Of a stretch of 48,581 bases of DNA, positions 33,846 to 45,421 are shown one piece after another. The number at the start of each line of letters is the position of its first letter. Within the stretch, counting starts at the first letter, position 1. The position numbers and the translations under genes were made by a program. The DNA comes from Guillardia theta CCMP2712 (lineage: Eukaryota > Protista > Cryptophyta). A model generated the notes under the pieces. That model made no database searches. It was not told the DNA's origin and saw only the letters and a program-made list of their open reading frames with translations. The stretch is from NCBI RefSeq assembly GCF_000315625.1, contig NW_005434548.1:1-48581 (forward strand), read 5' to 3'.

Positions 33846-36800
33846 ATGAATGCTGATCCCTCTCCTGCTACCATGCATAATGAGCATGTCAGCGCCGATC
33901 AGACAGATGATGATCTTTGCGAAGAGGAACCTCCGGACGATCCTCCGGAAGCCAAATGGAGGTTTGTGTATGTGGTCGTTTTAGTGAGGCTTGACTCTGT
34001 TTTTCATTGACAGATCGAATGGGAATCATGTAGATATTCACGCGAATGTAAGTAAGAGGAAGACGGCTCTGCTTGATAAGAGGCGTAAGCCCCCATCACC
34101 AACTAGCAGCTCTGTGAATGGAAATGGTCTGAATTCGTCGTTGGACTTTCTATCTAACATCCGTCTTGATGTTCATGAGATTGTTCCAAAGCAGCCAACT
34201 GCGGTGGTAAACAATGGAGTCGTAAAACCTTTACCACACACAGAAAACAAGAAGAGCTTTGTACAGACAAAACCACCCAAAGCTGTGACAATCAAAGACA
34301 GTGACAGGAACCTAGAAAACGGGAAGAGAGAGATTCTATCGAACTGTTCGAGGTGCACACAAGAACTTTCACCCAATTACAAAGCAAGTGTGGAGTTTTT
34401 GAATAGCATCTCGCTGGATGCAGTTCCCGAAAACCAGAAACAAACCAAATTCACTGACGTAGTGAGCCCCTCTCTCTATGCAATAAGGAAAAGCAGCGCA
34501 GGAACCAAAACTTCGAATTTAAAAATTCAGCTTCCTGAAGTTTTCAAGAGCCCCGGGGTTCATCCAGAGCGTTGTGTCATTGAAATCACTGGCGGACTTC
34601 CAGTTTGTTCCAATACTCCGACTGCAGTCGAGCGATGTGCTTCGCTGCCCTTGCAGAGTACGACTCCAGCCAACCTTGTGAGGGAAAAGTCTGCACGTGA
34701 AAGCCTGGATTTTTTGACTAATATCAGCCTCGGAGCACCTGCAACAGGGTTGTATGAGGCTTATCCTCCGCCCAGTGCAAGAGTGGGCGAAGAGAACAGC
34801 AAGTTTCCGGCACCAAGCCCGCGATGCGATAGTTGGAACGTTGGATCTCCACAGAAATACGTGGGCTCTAGAAATCACTCCGTGGACATTCCTCCTATGT
34901 CGCCTAAGTTGCTGCCAAGAGCAAAGCAGCTCAGCTTTTCCGAAGAGGACTCTACCCCACCCCCTAAATGGAGCAACAAGATGGAATGGGGTACGTTTGA
35001 GGGATTCATGGGATCCATCGGCATGGTGTCCACAAACAATCGTCGAAAAGCCGGGTTGGGTGCAGATGTTCACAACAGACAATTCAAAAACAAGCAAGAC
35101 TGGGAAAGAAGGCATATTGGCGGCTTCTTGCTTGTTCCCAGAAATCAGAGTGAGCGAAGGATACGAATGCGGAAAGCAAGACGGTCTTTTGGAAGTTATC
35201 AGGAAAGCCATGAAGGTGACTCGTATGAAGATCCCGCTATCGAGGCTGAGACTGGAACGAGAAGTGCTCGATCGAGCATGGACAGCGAAGACTGCATCTT
35301 ACAGGATCGATGCATTTTCCCGGTTGACGAACAGAGGCAAACTGATCCCTTGTCGCTTGTCCCACAGGATGAAAACCAGTATGAGAAAAAGGAAAGGGGC
35401 AAAGAATTTGTCCTGAGTGAAGGACATTGCAACTTGGCGTTGTTTTCCAACCTATCGAGTGCTCATTTGTTAGATTCACGAATTATGTTGTATCCTCAAG
35501 ACATGCACGCGCCTGCAGTTGTTACCGGGGCTCTCCGAGCCCCTATCAGTGTTTTCTCAGTTATTAAGTTTCGTCAAGACGATTTTTGCCCTCAAGGCGA
35601 CCCTGGTGAAATTGTTCATTCAGTAGAGACACAACTGAGGCTCAAGCATGGTAGTTATGCAGAACTTTTGGAAAGGAGATCGAGCAGTGACAGTGGAAGT
35701 GAAGACGAGAAGCCAAAGTACAACCCTTACTTTCTTGATGATCCAGAGATGAGGATCAGCAAAGACCGCACTGTAATCAAGCAAGAAGGCTATATGGTTT
35801 CTTGCATTCCATATGTGAAGCCTTTGGCCATGAAAGAAGAGCTCAATGGACTATTTCTGGCCAAACATGGAGACTGGTTGGAAGGAAGGGAGATCACGCT
35901 TTCAAAGATCAGAGCGCTGAAATCTGGCATCGTCACAGTCGTAAAACTTCTGGTGAGTTGTGCATTCTTCGCATCCTGTGGTTGGTTTTGTAAATGCTTT
36001 TGAATTTACTTGGATCCTCAGGATCTTGAGTTATCAACGGCAGCCATGGCACACGTGTACTTGGAAAAGCTCATCTTGAAGAACTTGGTTCGCAAGCATA
36101 GGTTTTTGTCTCTTCTTTTACTTGTCCTGACATTTTCAATAATTTGATACTGATTTTTCTTGCTTGTAGCCGCAAGGTCACTGCAGCGGTTTGCCTGCTT
36201 CTGGCCGTCAAGTTCAATGAGGTTCCCAGGGACACGCGGGTCTGTGCTATTCAGGTTTGATTTATTTCGTCCATGGAGAGCACAGCGAGACTCAAGGTCG
36301 GTGCAGGATGTGATCGAAAGGCAAAATCGCTTCGACTGTACTCTATTCATTGCTTCTACGGACCCTGGAGTCTTCCTCCCAGCTGACTTGCTGAAGTACT
36401 TTGAGGGGCTGCTGGTATTTCAAGTGTTGGTGCTCTCGTTCTCGTCTGATCGCTGTTGCAAGCCAAACCATGATGACGCCAAGAAGCAGCTCTTGTCAAA
36501 GCGCCCATACATTGTCGTCACTCTACGTGATCGTGCGTCAGCGATCAAGGCGAAAGAGGCCATTTCAAAAGTCACGCTGCCTTCCAACCAATCGATCGTT
36601 GCCGACTTTGTCCCTTCCAACTACGTTTCACGCGAGGTTTTCTCATTCAATTCGACTAGCAACGGAGTGCTAACCTCCTTTCCTTGTCCAGGGAAAAGTT
36701 GGACGAGGAAAAGCTTGCAGCGTCACAGATTTGCTCTCCTGCATGAATCGTGTTCTTGGTGTTGACAAGCGGGCGGTTCTCGATGAGGAGTTTCCTACTT

Positions 36801-37338
36801 TTGTGGACTTGGTCACTCTGCCGTCTTCTGTTGGGGCTGAGCTGACGACACAAACAGGAGCTTTCACTGCACATTGGAGCTGAGGAGCTGCTGCCTCACT
36901 TTCATAGGATCCTTCAGTCCCTTGACACAACGCCGGCCGCCTACATGGTGACGCTGCTTGCTCCTCTTGCATGGCTCTGATGAGGTAACAGGGACAAGAC
37001 AACCCTTCAATGCTCGAAGCCGAGAGCCTCGCGCAGTTCTCTGTGATCAAGGTTGGACCTGACTGTACCTCCTTCCCTCGTTTCCTCTGATACGCCTCTA
37101 ATATCCTCCCTCCTCATACAAGGAGTTAACCCCATAGCAAAGCAGATGCTGACTTTTCATGTTCCAGGAACTGGAAGAGAACGGCGTAGAGCAGGGTGAC
37201 CTCGACAGGGTGAGGAGAACGAGCTTGGGAGGCGAAGGAGTGAGACTGTGATCGTCTAACGGTCTTCTGCTTCAGGTGCGAGGCGTGCTCATGGATCATG
37301 CGCAGAAGTTGATTCCTTGGTTGGCGGAGGCTCAATGA
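33846..37338 (+). CDS. CABLES: CABLES-type (Cdk5 and Abl substrate) cyclin-fold protein with an inserted RRM-like domain
   Basis: Exon 1 MNADPSPATMHNEH...EAKWR splices into ORF 33991. Motifs YNPYFLDDPEM...YMVSCIPYVKP...KEELNGLF...ITLSKIRALK | DLELSTAAMAHVYLEKLILKNLVRKHSRKVTAAVCLLLAVKFNE ... VTDLLSCMNRVLGVDKRAVLDEEFPTFVDL|ELSLHIGAEELLPHFHRIL match the CABLES cyclin box. The 3' end (about 37250-37338) is uncertain. Confidence 0.85.
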
Positions 37339-38052
37339 TGGGCATCATCATCAACTTGATGCTTTGAATCTCATTTTGAAATTGTAAAATAGCAGAATGA
37401 ACTTGTGACACTGTGACTCTGTCCGGTCAAGACTCCGTTCCTGTCCGATGGAAGTGGAAGTTTGCTGACTCTCACATAGTGCGGCAGTTGCCCCCGAGAG
37501 TCGGCGGCAGGCAACTTCCGAGTCAACCGGCCCTGCAACTCTGAATCATTGTGGACGGAACCGTTGATCAGGATGTCGCCGACGGCGGCGAACTTGACAG
37601 GCGGGTCCTTTGATAAACCCGCCGTCGGGGCCCGCCACCCGGTTACCGAGTCCACGCAGTCCGGCCCTCCGAGCAGGGCCCCGGGGCTGACAGTGAGAGC
37701 CTGTCTAAGGGCCCTAAGGCCCGGCCCGGCCCGGCGCTGCCATGATGATCATGGATGGCACTGGCAAAAGTTCGAAACTTTGAGAATGGGTCAAAACTTT
37801 GTTCGCAAGTTTCAAACTTTGCAGCAGAAGCGCGTGAGAAGATGCTGAAGAGGAGCGGGGAGGGTGGGGGGAGGAAGTGAGGGTGGGGGGGAGGGAAGGA
37901 GGAGAGACGAAGAAGAGGAAACAGGAAGTAGGAGAGGAGAGGCAGGGGATTTCGATCATGCAGGACTTTAACGAGTTCAGAGCATTGAAATACAAGAAGA
38001 GGATGACAGTGACGAGCGTCCTGCCAGGGTGAAGTAGAAGCAAGAGGACGGC

Positions 38053-39411
38053 ATGGATCTCTACGCAGACCTCCCAGCTGCCTCCAACTCCACAGGTTGA
38101 ACATCATCATCATCATCATTCCCATTCCCCTTCCCGTCTTGCTCTTGCTTCCTGGACCTCAGGATCACGTTGTCTCTAGGCAAGGAGGTGAGTGGCTGGA
38201 ATGCCAGTGTGGCGGAAAAAGTTGCAAAGGAGAACATCGGTGAGTTGCTCTCATGGCGGCGAAACTGCGGTCGGTGAGAATGGCGCGACAGAGGCAGCAA
38301 AGGCAGAGGAAAAGGTCGAGCCTCCTCCTCCTGCTCCTGCACCGCCCGCGTCGACGTCTGCATCCCATTGGAGCGCAGGTCCGGCGAGGTTAGTATGCTA
38401 TGGATCCTCGTGCTCAAGTCAGGCGCAGCGACGAAGATGATGGCTCCTACTATCCTGAAGAGACCGTCGCAGGCACCCAGGTAACTCGATGCATCTTCAT
38501 CTTCCTACCGTCCCTCTCCCTTACCTCGTCTCCTGCAGGGCAGCTCCTCCTCCCGTCAAGAGGCCGGTCACCAACACCGTGGTGACTGTAGTGCACAAGG
38601 TGAGCGGCGGGTCAGCCGTCGTGCGAGGAGTAAGGGGAGAGCTTTCAGGAATCGCAGCTGTCGGACAGTTCAAGCGCGTTCTCTTCAAGGTACAAGTGCC
38701 GTCGTGCTGTCCTGGATCTTGTTGATGTGAGTGCAGGGGACAAGCAGGAATAGACTCGCTCACTGCTCAGAACCTGGTGAATGAGTACGATCCCGCCCGA
38801 CCCAATGAGTTCTCAACCTACATCACTGAAGTAAGTCTTGTCGTGAAAGATGTACGATGGAAATTGAGATGGAGAGTTGTTGATGATGATGATGATGATG
38901 ACGACGACGACGACGACTGTGTAGTATCGTCGTCGTTATCGATGATTGAGATGGGTTTTGTGGAGTGGTTGTTGTAGTTGCTGTTGATTTCGGAAAACGG
39001 GCACTCATTGTGAATGTTCCTCTTGCAGAAGAACGAAGAGCTCAGGAAAAAGGAAAGCAGAGGAGGAGGTGAGCAGATTTTCAACTTCCTTCCCTCCAGT
39101 TCAATCTCCTTCCTTCCTCTCTGTTTCCGCCAGCGCCGAGAGGATCTTTGTTGACCCCTGTCTTCGTGTAGGAACGCCGACGGGCTGGCCCAGCTCCCTG
39201 GGAGTTGGCAGACGAAAGAAATCGGGAAAGGAACCGATCAAGAGACAGGGACAGGGACAGAGACAGGAGCAGGGATAGAGAGAGAGCGCGCGATAGGAGC
39301 AGGGATAGGGATAGGGATAGGGATAGGGACAGGAGCAGAGATAGAGACAGGGATAGAGGACGAACGAGGAGCAGGAGCAGGAGCAGGAGCAGGAATAGCA
39401 GGAGCAGGAAT

Positions 39412-39454
<43 letters not shown>

Positions 39455-40755
39455 ATAGCAGAAGCAGGAATAGCAGGAGCAGGAGCAGGAGCAGAGGGGA
39501 TCGGGACGACTTCGGAAGGTGAGTGTGCCGGTGCGGGGAAGGAGGGAGTGACTTGAATCCCCAGGGACCGCGACAGAGGGTCTGCTCGCTCCCCTCCCAA
39601 GGAGAGGTCGAGGACCACCAGCAACTTCTCGGACCCTCCGCCTTCCGCTTCATCTCTTCCTCCTCCTGCTGAAGCAGCGCCTGCTCCTGCAGCAGGCAGA
39701 GGAAGGGGAAGGCCGGTTCCTGCATGGCAGCAAGGCGCCAGCACAAAGCCGCCGCCCATGCCGTCAGACACACTTCCTGCTGCTCCTGCTGGCCGCGGCA
39801 TCAACAACCAGCCCTCATGGAAGGCGGCGGCTGCCCAGATTGCTGCGAAGGTGAGGAGGAGGGAACTTGGAATCCCGCTGGTGAGCTTTTGGTTGCAGAT
39901 CGGAGCTCCGGGAGGAGGAGGAGGAGGAGGAGGAGGAGGAGGAGGAGGAGGAGCAGGGGACGAAGAAGGCGGAGGTTCGTTTGCAGAGAAGATGATGAAG
40001 AGGATGGGCTGGGAGGAAGGGAAGGGGCTCGGGGCGCAGAGCCAGGGGATCACCGCAGCTCTGCAAGCGCACAAGACTGGCAACAAGACCGGGAGGATAG
40101 TGAGCAACGAGCTCGGACAGCTCGGAGCTCCCAGCCGCTGCGTCCTGCTGACGAACATGGTCGGGGCGGGGGAGGTGGACGAGCGGCTGGAGGAGGAGAC
40201 GAAGCAGGAGTGCTCAAAGTACGGCTTCATCTCCCGCTGCGTCATCCATGAGCTGCCTCCTGGAGCTCCGGAGGACCAGGCGGTCAGGATCTTCCTCCTC
40301 TTCGGCAAGCAGGTAAGCGCCTCCCCCTCCCCTACCTTCCCTCCCTACTGGTTGCTCGCTGCTGCTGCGCTGCCTCTTCTGCACCCTACTTGTCATTTTC
40401 ACTTGCTCTGTCTGTGCATACTCCAGCTCCTCCTCTCCTCTCCTTCTCTCCTCTCCTCTCCTCTCCTCCCTCCCTCCCTCCCTCCTCTCCACTCCTCTCC
40501 TCTCCTCTCCTCTCCTCTCCTCTCCTCTCTTTTGCAATGCACTGCTCTTCTCTCCTCCTCCGTCTCCTCCTTCTCTTCTCTCCCTCCCGCCGCAAGTTGC
40601 AGGACGTGACGGAGGAGCAGGAGAGCGCCATGAAGGCTGTCATGGACCTCGACGGCAGGTTCTTCGGTGGCCGACAAGTCCGCGCGAGCTTCTTCGGGGA
40701 AGATGACTTTGCGAACAAGAAACTGGACCCCAAGGAGACGGACGACGAATTATGA
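38053..40755 (+). CDS. RBM17: Splicing factor 45 / DRT111 (SPF45 motif, RS/RD tract, G-patch, UHM)
   Basis: MDLYADLP start; NEYDPARPNEF; G-patch FAEKMMKRMGWEEGKGLGAQSQGI; UHM VLLTNMVGAGEVDERLEEETKQECSKYG...VRIF...AVMDLDGRFFGGRQVRASF. Confidence 0.92.
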
Positions 40756-40920
40756 AGGACAATCCATATTCTCCTTCTCCTCCTTGACCTTAGCGTAGTT
40801 GTCCTTCCCCTTTCCTTCTCTTGCTGCTTCTGCTTCTACTCTGCAACGTGCAGGGGTGGAGGAGGAAGGAGCAGTGGAAGATGAGCTGACAGCGGTAGTG
40901 GAAAAGGAGGTGGGAAAGTC

Positions 40921-40958
<38 letters not shown>

Positions 40959-41142
40959 GATATGAGTTGCATTACTTGACGTGTCTAGCTCAGTACATTC
41001 ACAATGATCAACCTTGTTGAAACGAGAAGAAATGCTTCCGAGGCTTGAGAGTTGAAGAAGAGCAGGAGGAGAGAGAGGGCAAGGAGGAGGGGGAGGGGGA
41101 GGAGGAGGATGGGATCAGGTTTCTATGCTAGACTGGACTCTC

Positions 41143-44100
41143 TTTGGACATCTGAACTCGTTGCTTCCTGCATTAACATTCAGAAAGGAAGCAAACGACG
41201 TAAGGCTAGGGGAGGGGGGGGAGAGAAGAGCAGGAGGTGGAGCAGGAGGAGCAGGAAGACCTGCTCTTCCTCGAGTAGATTGGGATGCCGAGTTTCTTGC
41301 CGGAGAGAATAAGCCGAAGAGTCCACTGGAAGAATTAGCGAGTGAGATCAGAGCAGCAGAGGTGGTGGTGGAGTTGGAGGAGGAGGAGGAGAGGGAGGGG
41401 GGGATGAGAAGTTAAGTGGGACAAGGGAGGAGAGGAAAGAAGAGCCCAGTAAGGAGGAGAGGAGGAGAAGGGAGGTAAGGGGAAAGGGGGAGGGAGGTAA
41501 GGGGGGAGGGGGAGGGAGGTAAGGGGGGAGGGGGAGGGAGGTAAGGGAGAAGGGGCGTCGGGCTTACCACAAGGGCTCTGATGTATTGCAGAGCCATCAT
41601 ACCCTTCCAGAGGACGTTGAGATTCTGAGAAAAAACGATCAGAAGGAAGAGAAGGAGGAACAGAAGAATTGTGAGGTAAAGGAGGACAGGAGGGAGCTGA
41701 GGAAAGGAGGAAGGACGGGTGTGGGTGTACGTTGGAAGGTAACGATATGGAGTGAGTGAGTGAGTGAGTGAGTGAGTGAGTGAGTGAGTGAGTGAGTGAG
41801 TGAGTGAGTGAGTGAGTGAGTGAGTGAGGGAGGGAGGGAGGTGGGGAGGTGAGGAGGAGGAAGAGCGTCTAACCGCGTGCTGGTCGGCGAAGTGCTTGAG
41901 GGTGACGGTCCACAAGACGCTCTTGACGATGTAGGCGCCGCCGAGGAAGTCAAGGTCCTTGCTGTTGAGCAGAAGAGCCTGGAGGAGGACGTGAGGAGAT
42001 GCGGAGGGAAGGGAACGAGCGCAGAGGTGTTGGGTGAACAGAGAGAGAGAGAGAGGAGGGAAGGAGGGAGAGGACGGAGGGGTCGTCTGCCTGCCTGCCT
42101 GCCTGCTGCCTTCTGCCTCCCCCCCCGGGGGGGGGCTTCCTCTCTCCCTCCCTCGCTCCCTCGCTCTTTTCCTACCTCGATCGCGATGGTGATGCAGTGC
42201 GGGAAGATGGCGAGCGCGAGGTTGAAGGCTTGGTTCTTGACCTCCTGAACCTACAAGGGCCACGTCATACGAGAAGTTCGTGTTCAGGTACCAGACAAGT
42301 TCATCGCGTGGGTTGTCAGGTACATGAGAAGTTCAGGTAGAAGACAGGTCTCTTACCACAAGCTTGTCCTGAGCAAAGATACCTGGGAACACGTACGTCG
42401 GGATCAGGCTCAACACGCTCTGCAGAAATGCTGGTCAGGAGAAGGAGAAATCGGTGGAGCAACACAGAGCAATCAACGATGTTGTCAAAGTTGTCAAAGT
42501 TGCGCACAAGGTACATGTCCTCCTCCTCCTATCTCCTCGTCTTCCTCCTCGGCCCTCTTTTGCCTCCCTCCTCCCTCTCCTCCTCCCCCCCCTTTCCTTC
42601 TCCTCCTCCTCCTCCCTTCTTTTTCCATCTCCTCCTCCTCCCTCTTCCTCCCTCTCCTCACCTGCAGGACTCCAATGATGGCCGAGATAGAAAGAATCTT
42701 CTTCGCCAGCTTCTTCACCCGCGCCGTCGCCTGCTCGTGCAGTTCACCGCCCATGGCCTTCGTCCGCAGCTGCTCCTCCTGGAACTCCGGCATGAACGCC
42801 TGAGCCGTCTGGAAGACCGACTCTCCTGCGATGGTGAAGAAGAAGAAGATGTTGATCACAATCTGGTGCGCTGCCAGGGCGATCGTTCCGGCCGCGGCTG
42901 CCGCAGGGGTACAGATGTTCCAGCAGTAGCCTCGGCCAAAGGAGATGAGGAAGATCGGGCCGGCGAACTGAAAGAACTTGACGAACTCCTTCATGGTGGG
43001 GATCACAAAGAGTCCTTTTCTCTTCTGCTCCGGCTTCTTTTCTTCTCCTCCTTCCCAGGCAGGATGTTCCCGTCCCAGTCCAGTTCGTCTTCGATCTTGC
43101 CGAGCGTTGAATCCACTGCCAGGTACAGGTAGAACGCTCCTGCGAACTGCGAGATGGTGGTAGCGATCGCTGCTCCTCCCACTCCCGTCTTCAGGGGACC
43201 AACGAAGAGCCAGTCCAGGAAGATGTTCACTCCAGCCAGGATCGCCACGGCTCTTAGCGGAGAGTCGGCGTCCTTGGCCCCGATGCACGCGGCCTGCGCC
43301 ACCATGCAGAGGAGGGTGGGAGCGGACCCGAGCCCTCGGATCAGCACGTAGCGCATGGAGAGGTCGAGCGTGTCTGCTGCCGCCTGCCCGCTCCCCGTGA
43401 ACCAGCCCAACATCACCCTGCCAAAGGCCGTGAGCGCCGCCGTCATGCCCAGCCCGATGAGGGTGGAGATGGTGAACGCGCAGGCGACGACCCTCCTGGC
43501 TCCCTCCTTGTCGTTCTTGGCGAGTGCAGAAGCGAGCAGGGACGTTGTTGCCACCGCGAGGAAGTTTGCAAGGTACGTCACCATATCGCACAGGGCAGCT
43601 CCTGGCCCCAGCGCAGCTAGCTCCTCCCTTGAGCAGAACTGACCGACGCAAGCTGTGTCAACGAGGGAGAGGATGGGGTTGGCGAGGTAGATGCCGAACG
43701 TGGGGACCATGAAGGCGAGGAGGTGGATGGTCTTGGGCACCCTGCGCATGCCGAGGCAACCAATCTCCATCTGACTCATCGAGGTAGTCGAGGCAAGGGA
43801 GCTCAGGCCGTCGACCCTGCTGAACTCATACAGGGACGTGCTTGACATCAGAGTCGACACGTTCACCTTGTGAGTGTTGCCAAGAGGGTCAAACGTCTGC
43901 AGGGGAGACAGCCTCGCCGCTGACGTACTCTTCTCCATTTCGTCAGACGCCGCCTTCCCTATTGTGTATGCCTCCTTCTTCACATTGGAGGAGGGCCCAA
44001 GAGCGCACAAGACAGGGGCAGCTCCCTGCTCCGTTGCTCCTCCCTCGGCAGCGCATGCTAGTCCTCCAGCATGCCTGGCCCTCTTGAGAGCCAGGGAGGC

Positions 44101-44211
44101 AAAGGGAGAGCGAATTGCCTTCCTATGATACTGCAGGGGCAGGGAGGACGTCGCTGTGACCAGAGAGAGGAACAAAAGAGCTAGAGCTCTCCCATGGCAG
44201 TGAGATGGCAT
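41143..44211 (-). CDS. MATE family (DinF/EDS5-like) efflux transporter with N-terminal signal and presequence
   Basis: LANPILSLVDTACVGQ...LAALGPG; YVLIRGLGSAP; DADSPL...NIFLDWLFV...GVGGAAIATTISQF; GTIALAAHQI...GESVFQTAQAFMP; later exons PHCITIAIE|ALLLNSKDLDFL and NLNVLWKGMMALQYIRA. Frame change near 43040. The 3' end is approximate. Confidence 0.88.
41751..41828. repeat. (TGAG)n tetranucleotide microsatellite, intronic
   Basis: About 19 tandem units. Confidence 0.95.
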
Positions 44212-44479
44212 GGTGAGATAGAAACGACGATGAAGTGACGTGAAGGGTCAAGGAAAGAAGGTGTTCAGCGGAGCAGAGAGAGTAAGGAACAACGAAGCAG
44301 GGTCTGGAGATATTGTTGCAGACCAGGGGAGGAGAACGGGGAGGGGGAGGACACGGAGCGAGTGCTGGGAGTGAGGGAAGCAGAGACACGAAGAGAGTAC
44401 AGGAGGGAGGAGGGAGGAGGACGATGGAAGAGGAGGAAGCAAGGCTGCGGTCACTGGACTTCCCACGCCATGGCGCGGC

Positions 44480-45190
44480 CGAGCGGGGTGGGGAATGGAA
44501 GACCCAAGGAGGATGGGTGTTATCGATTGGGGGGTGGGGGTGATGGTGTAAGGGGTGAACTTTCAATGTCGTACCCTGGATCATATGAAAATGGGGTACA
44601 AAATACTGTGAAAAGTGGGGTATTGACAGGAAAAAACTAATATGGGTGGGGTGGGTGCTTATTGATAGGGGTTGATTCTTCAGCGAAACAATTTGTTATT
44701 CGTTTAAGTCATTGAAATAGAGTAAACTTCTGTATGACAGATTTTTATTAGTTAAGTTTTTCATATAGGAAAAATCTGATAGCACAGGGTAAGTAAGTTT
44801 CAGAGGTGGTAGTAGTTGTGATGGGTGATGGTGGTACAGCGTTGGAAATGGGGGAAAGGACGGAAGTCAGAATGGGGGTGGGGGTGATGGAACACAAAGA
44901 AAATGAGGGGTATTTGATGAATGTTTGAGGTAGTCAGGTATTGTAGAGGTTCATTACTCATTGGGGTGGGTATTCATCAAAGGAACGTTCCTTTCTCCAC
45001 AACGTACGTGGCGAAATAGGGGTTAAAGATTGGTAAATGAAGGGGTAAGGGTGTACACCCCCAGCGAGAACGGCATGATTTTTCACCTGTAGCGTAAAAC
45101 TACCGGTACCAATTTCGATGGAGGGGTGGAAGGTAACGAGTGTGAGTACTATTGGGTTGGGGTACCTGTAGGGTCAGTGGGGTGCTTGCT
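44480..45190 (-). promoter_or_regulatory. GGGGTA-rich (TACCCC on the minus strand), AT-rich block between divergent MATE and FAD synthase genes
   Basis: GGGGTA at about 44593, 44617, 44907, 44967, 45042 and 45159, plus many GGGGTG words. Confidence 0.45.
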
Positions 45191-45421
45191 CTTGCGGCCT
45201 TATCAAACAAAATGGCGGAGGCGGAAAGCAAAGGAACGTGAGGGTGAAAAGGAGAGAGGAGGAGAAGAAAAGAGAGGAGAGGAGGAGGAGAGACATACCC
45301 CAAGAGGCTTACAGTGATATACTGAGAGCTCAGTGACAGCAGCGAGCAGGCAGAACATACAGCAGATCCTCTAGTCGGGGCACAAATCCGGCGCCGTCTT
45401 TTGGGGGAGAGGAGGAGAGGA

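Noticed and set aside
39238-40308. 356-aa antisense ORF over SPF45, and similar antisense ORFs over Sin3, CHAT-ARM and FAD synthase
   Set aside because: Stop-poor shadows of GC-rich coding strands, with no recognisable motifs.
44480-45190. Interstitial telomeric repeat
   Set aside because: GGGGTA words are dispersed, not tandem, and do not form a fixed telomere unit.
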